This document shows positions 33,783-47,671 of a stretch of 64,000 bases of DNA, in pieces. A model generated the notes under the pieces. That model made no database searches. It saw only the letters and a program-made list of their open reading frames with translations, and was not told the DNA's origin. Each line of letters begins with the position of its first letter. The first letter of the stretch is position 1. The translations under genes were made by a program, and so were the position numbers. This DNA comes from Glycera tridactyla. Its lineage: Eukaryota. Location: NCBI GenBank assembly GCA_965644265.1, contig OZ286466.1, positions 65,286,001 through 65,350,000 of the forward strand, written 5' to 3'.

Positions 33783-35729
33783 TTCGACATTTCTCTCTGT
33801 TATTCTTCATCAGAATCTTTATTCATGGATACATGTATCAATGTTGCACATACGCGGGACGTTCATACTGCAAATGCGCAAAAAGGGTGGAGATTTACCA
33901 AGCTCGGGTGCTCTTTTCTCGGCCAAAAGTGATTCGTTTCTCCTAGTAGATCGTAACTAGGGAAAACACAAGCAATATCTTCACTGCTTCATGCCAGTTT
34001 GTTTGCAGTCAGTCATATAGCCGGCAGCATCTCGGTCAAATGTATCGAAGCCTAATAGAAGTGCAAGCCAGACGACGATGCTACCCTGCTCCATATCTCA
34101 CTTGCAAATCCTCTTTTTGGGAGCTCAGTGTCAGAGCACATGTGTTCATACCCACGCATATATAAGATAGTGACACCCACAATCCATATTCGGCCAGTAA
34201 TGGTGGGAATATCATATATACGGGCTCATCCTGTCAACTGATCATGAACCGCACGTCGCTTCGGCTGGGAAAATCGTAGGATACCAATATTGTTTTGAGT
34301 GTAAGTAGAAATGTGGATAAGACTGTTTAGATATCTATTTTCTATTATCAAAATGTTAAATCGAAATGGTCAGATAGAGAAGCGAGTTGTAATATATTGC
34401 TCTTTCAAGCTGAATTCCAAGTGAAATCGACGATTGAGAAAGTGTCAGGGATAGCTTTGACCTCCAGGGAACAGTTGCGAGGCTGTGACTTCAATCTAAC
34501 TCAGTTCGATGTGTCCTGATGCATCCTGAAGCGGATTTATATACACTAGCTGAACTATGGATCAAACCACATATGAGATCAACAGCAATACCAGATTGTC
34601 ATTGCAGTATCTCAGATCTATGATCCGAATTACAGGTACATGTATACTCCCTCTGTCATGTTCATGATTAGATGATGCTTCCCGTAATCCAGATGGTGTG
34701 TGTAATGGGAAGAGAGACACACTGAATCGTAGGTGAGGCAAGGGTGGAAGGTGACAATTGGTTATTCTCTATAGAACTACACCCATTGGGGCTAGGTTCA
34801 ACATCCAATTCTGTGCCACTCAAAAGTCGCATTGTCATTCGAGCAAGAAAAAGGGGGGAAAACTTTGTCTCCTCACATTACTTAGGCGCATACTCTGGGT
34901 ATCTAGCGGGAAATCATAAGTACTTGGCTTATATGTTCCATCAGCACCGGGTGCTGTTCTTCATGCAATCACGTACTCAGTCGGTAAGGGGTAGAGCATC
35001 CAGAATTCATGGATCAGGGACATATGATATATATGCCGTCAATCCTCAGTAATCAAGCGAACAAAATATGGTGTCCTTCATTCATTTGGCGAGCGATGTG
35101 CTATTCTTAACCGGTCACATCATGCTTTTGGATTGAGAGTATAGAAATTAGCCTTATTGAACCTCCACCGAAAAAAAGCACTTTGATATATTGCACGGAT
35201 TGACCTTACTGTGGAAAACAGATAACCTATGATGGTTGCATCCGTGCTTTGCGATGCATCTGTGATTGCATTGAACATTCGACAAGAATGCAGATGATAC
35301 AATAACTAAGGCCCGAATATAGATGTTCCATAAAAAGCCAGCCCGCATATCCATGATGCAGAAATTGTTTTTGACCTTTTAATCTTCACTCATGAGGTCA
35401 AATGAGCTATGTACAATTTGGCAGGTATATGTGCCGGGTGGTAATTGACTCGATCTCATCGCCAAATCGCCAGGGCCAATCAAAGTTAATTGCCTAGAAA
35501 TCTTGACTAATGACATGTGGCATGCTACATTGGGGGCAAACAACATTGACCTTATGTTGTTGACCTGACAGAACTCACACACCCACCACTAAAAAAAGCA
35601 CATTGAGTGTCTGTGATTTTCAATTTCCAGCGGGAACCCAAAGGGAGGAGTCTGGAATAATCCCACCCACGCCAACTGCATGGACAACTCAGTATGGGCC
35701 AGATGGTGCTTTCGCGACGTGGAACAATC

Positions 35730-35730
35730 G

Positions 35731-35763
<33 letters not shown>
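35730..35763. repeat. (TCAA)n tract, probably a SINE/LINE 3' tail
   Basis: Direct reading of the sequence. Confidence 0.8.
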
Positions 35764-36198
35764 CTGACACACTCGACAATCACAGACGTATCCATAGTGC
35801 ATTTATGTGGTACAGTGTACACATGACTGAATTTTACCGCACTTGAAACCAGAATCGAATTTCTCACCATTGCCATGGTATCGAGTGAATATATAGGATG
35901 CATGTATGAACATAATTTGAAACATTTGTGCTGTATGAGTTACCTCACTAGTTCTATAAATGGTCATTGGTACTTTCAGCCATGAATAATATACCATCAT
36001 GACTGACCAGATACTTTAAATCTTTATGACAATTCTCGTATTGCACAGAGTATGCGTAGAATCCATGCAATGATCATGCAATGATCACAGAAATTGTCTC
36101 AGCAAATCACCATAAAACCATGTAGCATTCTGTGAGTTGACCTGAAGATATATCACAACCAGCTGATAGTCAAACCAATAAAGTCCATTTTTTAGGAA

Positions 36199-36450
36199 NN
36201 NNNNNNNNNNNNNNNNNNNNNNNNNNNNNNNNNNNNNNNNNNNNNNNNNNNNNNNNNNNNNNNNNNNNNNNNNNNNNNNNNNNNNNNNNNNNNNNNNNNN
36301 NNNNNNNNNNNNNNNNNNNNNNNNNNNNNNNNNNNNNNNNNNNNNNNNNNNNNNNNNNNNNNNNNNNNNNNNNNNNNNNNNNNNNNNNNNNNNNNNNNNN
36401 NNNNNNNNNNNNNNNNNNNNNNNNNNNNNNNNNNNNNNNNNNNNNNNNNN
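36199..36450. other. Assembly gap
   Basis: Run of N. Confidence 0.99.
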
Positions 36451-37157
36451 NAAACCTTTCTTCAATATCAATATGCAAAATACTTGCCGGAGTTGCGTGA
36501 CTCTAAATATTTGTGCCTAATTGAGCCCTTGAAATACTCTGTATATTTACCAAGAGGCAATATTCCGAAGCATCATGCTATAAGGCGCAGTTGTTCTTTG
36601 TATAAAACACTACTTTATCTCACGATATCCATGATTGGTTCATTGGTCCACATACATGACAATACGATATCTGCCTTGGATCCGACTCACTGCGCAGATA
36701 GTCAGCGTTCATCATTTATAGGGTTTCAGTGGGATGCTGCACGGGATGCTAACTGTCGCTCATTCCCGATGATGATGCTGTAGTTTATGTCTAACTTCCT
36801 GCTCATGTGCGAGGTACACTGATTGCACCACTATCTCATCTCTGTGAGGGCGATAAAAGGACGAGTGATCCGCTATTACCCTACATACCACCAACATGCA
36901 GTAGTGAATGCTAGCTGGCAGCTATTCTCCCCATGGGACAGTGGAATGGAAGACATAACATAACATAGCATAACATAACATCTCTTTACTTTCAATCAAC
37001 ATGAGGAGGTCAATACATGGTATGTTTCCTCAAATCAGTGAACAAACGTTGGGAGTAATACAATGCATAACGGTTATTATTGCAGTTCATATGTACACAG
37101 AATGAGTAGGACTGATAGATTATGGAGTGATGATCATCATATTGGTTAAGATTCAGC

Positions 37158-37376
37158 NNNNNNNNNNNNNNNNNNNNNNNNNNNNNNNNNNNNNNNNNNN
37201 NNNNNNNNNNNNNNNNNNNNNNNNNNNNNNNNNNNNNNNNNNNNNNNNNNNNNNNNNNNNNNNNNNNNNNNNNNNNNNNNNNNNNNNNNNNNNNNNNNNN
37301 NNNNNNNNNNNNNNNNNNNNNNNNNNNNNNNNNNNNNNNNNNNNNNNNNNNNNNNNNNNNNNNNNNNNNNNNNNNN
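37158..37376. other. Assembly gap
   Basis: Run of N. Confidence 0.99.
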
Positions 37377-37640
37377 AATACACTCTACTGAAAGTACTGA
37401 AAGGCTTTTTTGTGTTTTTGCTCAAGATCACATGATTACCAGTTTCCTTCCGTTTTCCTTTCATATCACACCTTCCATTCAACAAATGAACAACAACTAA
37501 TTTCAATTCAAAAATTCCCGCGCCTACTCGGCTTTTATATGCCCAAACAGTGTCGCAATTTTGCACGAACATCAATTACTACAATAAGACTCTGAATACA
37601 TTTATATCTATACGCGTAAAAGGTTATCATATTTCACCCT

Positions 37641-38900
37641 ACTGGGGTCCTCTTCCTGGATCTGAAAAAGGCATTCGACACGGTCGACCATGATCTTCTC
37701 CTCGTATGGCTTCGTGATATTGGTTTTAGGGACAGTGCTATAAGCTGGTTCCGATCGTATCTAACTGGCCGCCAGCAATCTGTCAAATTTGAAAATGTAC
37801 TGTCTTCAGGTAGCAAGGTCACATGCGGTGTGCCCCAGGGCTCGATCCTGGGGCCATTGCTATTTGCCATTTATATTAATGAACTCCCAAAAGTACTCCA
37901 AGGGTGCACTCCTTTTCTGTATGCTGATGACACGGCTATATGCGCCAGTGCCAAAGAGGAAGTTGACCTTATTCAGAAACTGAAATATGATCTCGCAAGC
38001 TTATGTCAATGGTTCAGGTCTATGAAATTGTCTTTAAATCTATCGAAGTCATCAATCATGATTTTTGGGACACGTCCTCAAACTAGACGCATCACTCTGA
38101 CGTCTCTCATGTTTGATGATCACTCTATTCAACGTGTTGCAGAATATAAATATCTAGAGATAATGTTAGACAGCAACCTTACTTTTGAGTCACACGTAAA
38201 TTATCTTATCAAGAAGGTGAATATCCGGAAATCTGCCCTGGCACATATTAGACCATACATAAGTACCAAAAGGGCCTCTTATTCAATCCCTTCTGAGCTT
38301 CAATGGTCATGTATATGGTGGTATGAATCAATATAATGCAAACCGCCTTCAGATAGCACAGAACAGATGCCTAAGAGTAGTATGGAATAATCCTAGGTGT
38401 TACTCAGCAACCGAATGTCATGCTGCTTTGAAGGTTCCGCTTTTGGTGAATTATCGCAACAGGCAACTTATATTCGAGATGTATAAAATGCTGTATGAGC
38501 CATCGAATGACCGACATGCTGTGGCTATGGTATCCAGGTCAGATATCTAATGTCGTAATACAAGAGAAACAAGTAACAATGATCTTCAAATACCATGCCT
38601 TCGCTCTAAATTTGCATCAGGTAGTGTATTGGTCAGAGTAATAAGATTATGGAACTCTCTGCCGCTTGACGTCAGAATTAGTGCCTCTATATCAATTTTG
38701 AAGAAGAAATGCAAATCCATCTTTGGTATGTAACCAGATCTTCAAGAACTTGTGCCCTTTGGTCAATAGGCAACAGCTATGGTCTTACTTTTCGTGTATC
38801 AATTCATGCCTGTTGTATAGTTGGGAAACATGGGTCAATTATATCAATTTTGTCTTTTGTCAATTTTATCAATTTGTAACTACTGGCATGATATTTGTTC
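37641..38900 (+). mobile_element. 5'-truncated CR1/L2-group (Crack/Daphne-like) LINE, defective ORF2 RT and C-terminus
   Basis: TGVLFLDLKKAFDTVDHDLLL...SWFRSYLTGRQQSV...GVPQGSILGPLLFAIYINELP...LYADDTAI...KLSLNLSKS...YKYLEIMLDSNLTF in one frame from 37641. Frameshift near 38300, premature stop 38548-38550, C-terminal RLWNSLP, stop 38731-38733. Confidence 0.92.
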
Positions 38901-39472
38901 CATAGGGATAGCATAGACAACTCCAATATACTTCTCATCAATAGCAGAAAATAGTTTGTGTAATTAACCACACCTCCCCTCTCACCTTTACATGGAAATA
39001 GTTCTATAGACATACTTGGTGCATCAGCCGCTTCTCCCCCTGACAACCATGCCTATAATGTTGTATATATACATACTCCACCTAGTGCCATCCAGTTTGC
39101 CCACATCCTAGGTATTATCGTATCCTGCTTTGTTTGCCATGCTCTTGTATCTTGTATATAGTATATGTCCACTGTCGCTTGTAATACGATTTCAATCCAA
39201 GCATTTTGTGAATAAAGTTTTTCAAATAAAAAAAAACCTTCATGATACCAAACCATCATATGAATCATTATATGATTATATAAAATATATTGATTCAAAA
39301 TCACTGCCACCTCGTGTTACACTCCGTCCCCATTTCATATCCCTGAATATTATTTCAATCTCTCTCAGAACACAAAAAGTAATTTATTCAAAACATTATG
39401 TTTTCATTCTCCCGAATTTGATCAGGTAAGAGAACAGGCAAACACGTGACACTCGGGAATGGCTTGTGAATA

Positions 39473-39732
39473 CAGTCAAACCTCTTTACAAAGACCGCCT
39501 TCGGTCGCATCAAAAGTGGTCTTTATACAGAGTTTGGTCTTTATAGGGAGGTCATTTACTGTTGTTAATACTACCACGGTCGCAGCTCAGGATGGTCTTT
39601 ATAGGGATGTGGTCTAGGGGTGATCTTTATAGAGTCATTCACTATTGTGAATACTATCTTGGTAGCAGCTCAAGGTGGCCTCTAAAGGCAGGTGACCTCT
39701 ATCAATAGGTGGCTTTCGAGCAGGTTCGACCA
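39473..39732. mobile_element. Tc1/mariner-type MITE, copy 3 (longest)
   Basis: TA|CAGTCAAACC ... GGTTCGACCA|TA termini, same subrepeats as copies 1 and 2. Confidence 0.8.
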
Positions 39733-40567
39733 TATTGCTTACAAGTAGATATATGCACATCCTATGACAACAGGTGCCTGTTCACATATGTAATGAATTT
39801 CAAAAACTCCACAATATAGACACTAATATTCAAGAATTTGGTATTATGTCTCATCTCCTCTTCCCATTAATGATTCTTCCCCCAATATGGACTTCAGAAG
39901 AGACTATATCAGAGTATGCTCAAGGCAAACGCACACCAGAAATTCGCATTCCCTGAAGAAGAAGTGGGAGAGCTATTTGTTATTCTGGAGTGCGACAAGC
40001 AATCAGGGGCCTGAACGCCCATGGCCCAAGGGTCAGCTTATTTGTGATTAGAATGCATTCGTGTGCCTTGGCTCCCGCGTCCTTTCCATTGTCAGCAAGC
40101 TGCGAATTCAGATACAAACACTATTTTTCCACCATTCATCACAGGTGGCGTTATGACGTTTTGTATACATAAAATGAGCATTCAGGAAGGCATACCAGCA
40201 CAAGCGAGACAAGGTGATTGACCTATTGATTGATTGGGTGATTGATTAATAGATTCATAGATGATTGATAGATTCATAGATGATTGATCAATTAATTGAT
40301 TCATTGATGCTCGAAGTATTTGCAATATGATTTAGATTGTGCGAAACGGGGAATGTGCCAATCTTAAGACACTTGTCAGTCCTCGGATATATTGTCTGTA
40401 GAGAAAACATTGTCTCATTTATTACCCTTGATTTGCACACATAATTCTTCATTTCGAGTACTGCAATTTGCTCGACAAGAAGGTATTGTTATTAGGCTCA
40501 AGTGTCAGCTTCCAGCCAGTAACATAGTTAGATACGCCATTTTCGGGTTCATCATGTTTATGTTGAT

Positions 40568-40760
40568 GAGTGAGAGGCACGTCTGAACTGTGAGCTACTT
40601 TCATCTGACTGATTTCGGTTTCTCCATCATTTTGTGTTCAGGGTTTGTGAGAATGATGTCTGTAGCATGGAGAGCATCTAGCTTTGATTGGCAAGGAACA
40701 CACTGCTGCACAATCCTATTGATTGATACATGCTGTTAAACCTCAAACAAACTAAAACAA
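40568..40760 (+). mobile_element. SINE-like family A, copy 4
   Basis: GTCTGAACTG...TGTGTTCAGGGTTTGTGAG...GATACATGCTGTTAAACCTCAAACAAAC. Confidence 0.72.
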
Positions 40761-41479
40761 TCTCATGATATCACCCCGATAAGTTATGTACATGGACATT
40801 TATCTCAATAAATATCGTGGTCATAGCAACCTGAAGTACGCTGACACAGAGACAATGAATAGGCGTTACGGTAACTGTGTTATTTTTTTCAAAATTGAAG
40901 AGCCCATCTTAGTAGGGCCGTTATAGATTTCGACTCCATTCCGAAAAAATCGAATTAGATTGAATTGAAGAATATTTTTAATTATTAAGCACGCGAATAG
41001 AGGCCAAAATGTGACAACATATCTCAATTGAGAGCACAAACAGAAAACAGCAACGTATATACACTAGACAAATAAAAACGATATAGATGGTGGATATAAG
41101 AGAGTCTTACTTGTAATAAGTCACGTATCGGACGTGGTTTGGAAGACAGCTTTCGGCTATCTAATTAAAATATTAACGTGTCATATATGAATTCTCCTCT
41201 GTTTCGTTCAAAGCGTTGATCTTGACATCGAGTAACAATAATTTCGACACTGCATCTGTCCAATATATTTCTCTTAACACACAAAAGAGGTAAATCCCTT
41301 TATCTCGCTAGGGACAAAATGATTTCTAATACAATAGAAATTATAGATGTATAATATTCAGGCATAGCGCAACCCTTAAATAGTCAGTTAGACTCAGTCC
41401 TTGATGTAAATATCCACAGCAGTGTCAGTAAAGACGGTCTCATTATCGGATGCAAAGTAACATAAAAACATATTTCGAT

Positions 41480-42260
41480 ATGCTCGTATTAGTCCATGGG
41501 CCAAGTGAAATTTCGGTACCATTTTCCGGAGAAATCGCCACTATGCTACGTTTATAGCGAATGATCTGGAGTTTTCATTCTGTGACCTTGACCTCTGACC
41601 TCAAAGGTCAATGTCCCATTCACTCGCCCATACCAGGATTAGTATATATGGATGTATTATAATTAATGATGGCTTGAATATTTGTTGAGATATGCCAATA
41701 TAATGCATTCAGTGGATATCCCTGAATTCTGCTGTTGCCATGGTAACCATCTCACTCACGGCAATTTTGGGCAGATTTTCTGGGTTGTTTCACAGAATTG
41801 TGAATCAGGGAGTATGCTTAGTCTGGATAACCTTCAGAATGATTCTATGATGTAGTTTTCTGTAACTCTGAGAAACTATTCAAAGTCTTTCGTCTTTTTA
41901 TGCCCATTTCTGCACATGACCTTGGGCATAGCCAATGACCTTGATGTTCAATCCTCAAGGTCGTGCCAGGAATGAGCTTTGTGCCCATGATTACCCATGA
42001 ATAGAGTGGTTGCATAATGCTGTAGGGTGATTTGTTCATGAGATATGGTGTTATATGCTAATCTTGGGAATCTCAAAATTTCAAGGTTGGTTGCCATGGC
42101 AACCAGGATATCTCCTATGAGCTACATGATATCCAAAGAAATCCCCCCAGAATGAAAACTCCAGATCATCTGCTATAAACGTAGAATAGTGGCGATTTCT
42201 CCGGAAAATGGTACCGAAAATCGAAATTTTGGGGTTTGGCCCATGGACTAATGCGAGCAT
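41480..42260. mobile_element. Non-autonomous DNA transposon with about 100-bp terminal inverted repeats
   Basis: 41480-41583 (ATGCTCGTATTAGTCCATGGGCCAA...GGTACCATTTTCCGGAGAAATCGCCACTAT...GATCTGGAGTTTTCATTCTG) matches the reverse complement of about 42150-42260, with one indel. Confidence 0.85.
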
Positions 42261-42849
42261 GCACATATACACACATTCATGCATACAATTATTTGAATCG
42301 ACTATAAGACAGCAAAGCTTTTTCATTCTATCCATATATTCACCCATCCATCTTTTCCATTCGTTATCTCCAGGTTGAAGGGTTGGCTAGACGATAATAT
42401 ACACCCACACATTCTCTGCGTGCTTTTGTCACGTTTTTGAAGATGTAGCTGATGTTAATTTTTCTTTTTCCATTTATCTAACCTGGTAAGTCAACTTCAT
42501 TGCGTGTCTCTTCGGACTCAATGTAAACAAGTGGATGATGATGTACGGCTGGTTAAGAATGCCATCAGAAGCTCGCCTATGTTTATCTTCACTTCCACTG
42601 CACAAATAAGCATGGCCTCTGTCCCACTGGACAGACACCCCCGACTGGTGAGCAGTAGGACTAAAAAAAACAAGAGTAAATTCCGGGAAAAAAAGTTCGC
42701 ACCATCTCGCTTATTCCTAGAGATTATCATATGGATGTGTCATCTTCAGTGAAGTATCAGGTGTTGAGTATTGCGTGTGTTACTTCACAGCTGGGTGAGG
42801 ACTACTTTTTGACAATTTCTCCCCTAATCCATGTGATAAAAGCGAGGAT

Positions 42850-42982
42850 ATATGGCCGTGAGGTAAAAATGCAATACCAAACTCGGTCTGAATTTCACTG
42901 GAAGTCACTCGGCCTTCGGCCTCATGACATCCAGCGAAATTCACACCTTGTTTGGTATTGCGTTTTTACTTCACGGCCATAT
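42850..42982. mobile_element. Foldback palindrome, 65-bp ungapped arms centred on GGCC-TTC-GGCC
   Basis: ATATGGCCGTGAGGTAAAAATGCAATACCAAAC... pairs with ...GTTTGGTATTGCGTTTTTACTTCACGGCCATAT; the symmetry centre is exactly 42916. Confidence 0.88.
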
Positions 42983-44169
42983 GTTTTGCTATAACGATAT
43001 ATTTTTATGTCAGAGGAGCCGGAGTATTCTATGGCCTAATCACTCATATATGAGAATCAGAAAGCTTCATTGTTTTCAAGAGACGATTAAACGAATAGTA
43101 CTGATGTCCTCCATAATACGGTCATCATTTATTATATAGGCTCTATTTGTATTGAGTTTATGCAAATGATGATGTAGTCCAGTTCGTACGGTCGTGGCTT
43201 ACTCGATATTCTATAAGGGTTTTATAATAGATGAAGCCACAATATGTGCATTGATCCCATATCTGGTTAGAATATCACTGGTTCCCCGATTATCCAGCAT
43301 ATCTTCTGATGCGATATGATGATGTTTTGTCGATTTTTATGTCTTATGTTATGTCGTTGTTGTGTAGATGCATCTGATTTGTATGATAATTGAAATGGTT
43401 CCCGATTGATCATTTCAGGAAAATCCCGTATATGAACATTTATGAATTCGTATCACTGCTGCTCTTCTGTAACAACAAGCACAAATATAACAACTCATCC
43501 CCTCCCCCGCCAACATCCACACACACGCAAGCACGCACCTGCACTCACACATGCACGCACGCACGCACACACACAGACACACACACTGATGGCTGACTTT
43601 CTTATTTTCTTTTCACATGGGATACCTGGGATCACGTAGTTTTCATCGGCAGGCTGTTCAGTTGATCGAATAGAGAAAACGTTCACCGAATCCCTTATCA
43701 ACTATTCCTAATCTCAAGTGTCTCGAAAAAAGGATGGGGTACCTGTTTCCGTTACAGAGCGGCAGTGGTTGTCAGGTGTAATTGGATATTCCTAGCACTG
43801 ATGTGGTCTCTCGCCAGACCCTTGGTTTCCGGTCCCACGTAGTAGGTGATATCTCACACGGCAGAAGGGATTCCGAGACAAATGTTCGTTGAGCGGACAA
43901 CTTAATCGTAAACGCTTACTTGCAATAAAATGTGGCATGTCCTGAAGATAATGGATCAGCGGGGCAGCTAACTGGCACCACAGGGCTCACTCTTACGATA
44001 ATAATTGGTATTGACCGACGTCGAAGTGGAATATCGGGCAGAAATTGCCTGGGGAGATGATTTCATGTTCACATGTCAACTTCGCAGTGATCATTTGGCA
44101 GCGCGCCGGTACTTCACAGTATAGCTTGGCAGAGCTGATGACCCTAGCGAAGACCACTTCAATCCGGCT

Positions 44170-44374
44170 GATTTATTGATTGATTGATGTTTAACGGTAT
44201 GTATCATCTCAGAGGATTATGTATGCCATGTGTTCATGGTCAATGAAGGTAGATGTTTTGTCCCCTACAAGCATCACTTAGACAATCCCTGAACACAAAA
44301 AATGATGGAGAACCCGAAATGGTATCAAGTAGAAGTATCTGACAGTTCAGACACATCTCCACCTACTATCACTC
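44170..44374 (-). mobile_element. SINE-like family A, copy 5 (minus strand)
   Basis: Reverse complement reads GTAGGTGGAGATGTGTCTGAACTGTCAG...TGTGTTCAGGGATTG...GATACATACCGTTAAACATCAATCAATC. Confidence 0.72.
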
Positions 44375-47300
44375 AATACTCATCATTAGCAGTCCTAATT
44401 CCTCCCCATCCCGGATGATCTATTTCCCATCTGACAGATTCCCCCTGCTGCCATTTGATATAGAGAGAATATAATCATGATTCCAAATAAATTCCCTTAT
44501 CATCCCTTATCACATCATGCAGTGAAATTCATCTTCCCAGTGAATCAAATTAGGTGGTCAGGGAACCATCCCGAAACGTTCTTGATGGTGAAGGTGTCTT
44601 TACTCATCACATCGATTCTGTCCTCGGAAACGCAACCTAGGTTTGACGCAATTTCGAACATCCTAACCCTGTATACGAAGAATCCGTCAATGATAATTCC
44701 CCGAAGACTCGAGACCACTTGTTCAAAGTCGAAAATATCTCTGGCGAGAGACTGCTTCTTGATTGAGAATACACTCCTCATTGGGGATAAGGGATGAGTC
44801 ATGAATAACCCCACTCGATCCTATCTCATTGTCGTCTCAATATATCCTCTGTTGAAGGCTTCAGGGGCTTCAGGGGAAAAGTGGTCGCTTGGACCCCCTC
44901 TTCTGGAATTTGATAAAGTGCTTTGACTTTGACTTTGAGAACATGTATTCTCTATTGGAGGTCACACATCACAATATGTACTGATACGTTCCATGTACGA
45001 TGTCGCATCAACAAATTACAGGTAGATACAGTAATAGTATACAGAGTGAGTAAACATACGACATAGGATAATTGGTTAATGGTAATGACACTAGTTGGGC
45101 ATGGGGAATGATTAGAACATGTTTAGTATGAACGAAGGGGAGGTAGTAGACAAACGCATATCCTCGGCCATCTGTCTAGAAAGGCAATTCTGTGTGACCA
45201 CGATCGCATTTATCAGCATTTTCTACAGCAACAACCTCTCTGAGTATGCCAACTGTCTACAACGTCAACGTCTGAACGCCAGCAAGGCTATTTCCGAAGA
45301 CTGGTTCAATTAATTATCATCCTACAAAGAGTCTAGCGTATTGGTAGGCATCGTCTACCCATACACCTCGGCACTTGGCTTTAATCCGAGTGCATACCAG
45401 CACTCAGCTGGTATGCCCACTTGATTAGTGCTGAGGTCAGGTGGTGCTTGCGCGCCATCGCTGATTGGTCGTAAAACAATCAAGGTCAAGGGTCAACTGG
45501 TAGCGTCGTAGTGTTCGGAGCGATGTACAGACCATAGACATGTCACGGGATTCACCTTTTTCGGTGAGACTTTTCAAACTTTTAAAGCTTTCAAACATTG
45601 ACTTGAGAAAAATGAAATATCGGATGATGAATTTAGGATGTCACTCGTGCAGGGTACGTAGAGAGCGTACCCGCCTTCACGTACCCTGCACTCTGTATAT
45701 TCTTTATTAATGTATAACGTCCGTGACTGTGAGCATATGATGCATATGTTTGCGTCGATCAAATATTCCTCAAGTCTGAATACGCTTCATTCCCGGTGCA
45801 ATTATATGTGTCCTGGTAAATAATCAAACGAGAATAGTTGTTGTATGGGAAGCAGTAATCTGTCATTAAGTCGCCCATCCGGTGAGAGGAAGGAAACCAC
45901 CATGCTTGCCCTCGCAATCCATTAGACTGAATGCATTGTTTCCAGCTGCCGGATTCCGCCAAGGATATGTATTCCCTCCACGAGTGCAATGTCAATAATC
46001 TCAATGGGACAACCCATTATGGGACTCTCACCCCTATGCACTAGCTTCACTTCTTTCACTTCAATACTACCTATACTACTGCTATCTTCATCACCTTGTA
46101 AACCATATGAACTAGTTCATGTCTGCATGTACTATGACTGTATCTCATCCGATCTCACAGGTTATTGGACTGGCCGTCAAATTTCCCTCCAGAAAGTATA
46201 CAGTTGATAAAATTGAATCACATACCAGTTGGAAGGCTAGAAGACATCTCGTTTCTGATTTTCATTGATGAAAATGTACACCTGGATTGTGCGATTGAGA
46301 CAGAAAACATACACAGACAGCGAATGGAATTGTGAAATGTGAAGTCCAAGTGATCATCCGGAAGCCATCCGTTTTTCGATGCTGTGGCTGTATTCTTGTA
46401 GTAAAAACTGATATATGAATGTGAGATCAGACAAACTTTGACAAGGCACAGGTGAAAACGGTTATCTATTGACCGTTCTAGCTGTTATTGTTGGGTTCAT
46501 ATTGCATCTATCAGGGCCGACTGCAATTGGCCACTCGATGCCTTGGCTGAATTGATGGTGGTCCCACATGCAATGACACCCACGTCTGCTGCATTATATG
46601 TACCAATACCCACTACATCAGACATAAGGGAGAATCACCTGCCCACCTGAATATCAACCTGACTTTTTATATATGCAAGTCATCCACATTGTCCACATAG
46701 CTCAGCGTACAAGACAGCTTTGTCCTTTATAGGCTTGGTGGTTGGTGCCATGCTGGAGATCCCGGTTTCAAATCCACAAGAAAAGATCTCTGAAAATGTA
46801 AATTGTATATTGCAGTGATGTATTGTGAAACATAGTTTCATTCCATTCGCAATAAGTTTTCACCTGCCTACCAAGAAAATCCACCTGCCCTGGACATGTG
46901 GGCTGCTATTTCTTCCCACCCCGAGAACATCTTAGCAAGAAGATTTGTCGGTCCGCCCACGTTATCATGATATCAGCATGCCCACACCAGGTACAAACTT
47001 TTGAATGATAATGAGATTGAAGATTAAATGTTTCATTGACTCATCTTTGGAGCTGGTACCTCTATCACCACTACAGAAGGTCACAGCTTGGCTGTCCGTG
47101 GACTTGTTCGCAAAGATGTCACCTTCCGTAGGGAACCGAGAAGGACTCTTGTACTATCCCACCTATGTCCGTTCCATAGGCGACTCACTATGACCAGGTT
47201 GGTGCTCACTGGACATAAAATAAACAAACGAACAAATAGCTAATCAAGCAACCACGACCACTTCACTCAATCACCAGCACCAGCACCGCCAACATTGGGA

Positions 47301-47475
47301 CAGACACCAGCACCACCACTATCATGACCACTACCATCATCATCATCTCCCCAATAACGACGACAAAAACCATCACTACCATCTGCACCTACACAACCAA
47401 TACCTTCACCACCATACAACCAAAGCAATGACGCAGACTCAAGATCTGAGCCATCCACCTGAAAATGAAAACGCA

Positions 47476-47490
47476 TCTCTCTCTCTCTCT

Positions 47491-47527
<37 letters not shown>

Positions 47528-47590
47528 TCTCTCTATCTCTCTTTATATATTTGTATATATAGAGAGTGGTTGGCTGGAGGTAGTGATTGG

Positions 47591-47669
<79 letters not shown>
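47476..47669. repeat. Opposed (CT)n and (GA)n microsatellites
   Basis: CT-rich tract 47476-47543 and (GA)n tract 47593-47669. Confidence 0.95.

Positions 47670-47671
<2 letters not shown>

Noticed and set aside
44477-44814. Overlapping 106-aa and 89-aa ORFs on opposite strands
   Set aside because: No identifiable motif or splice signals; could be decayed TE sequence but I cannot support a call.
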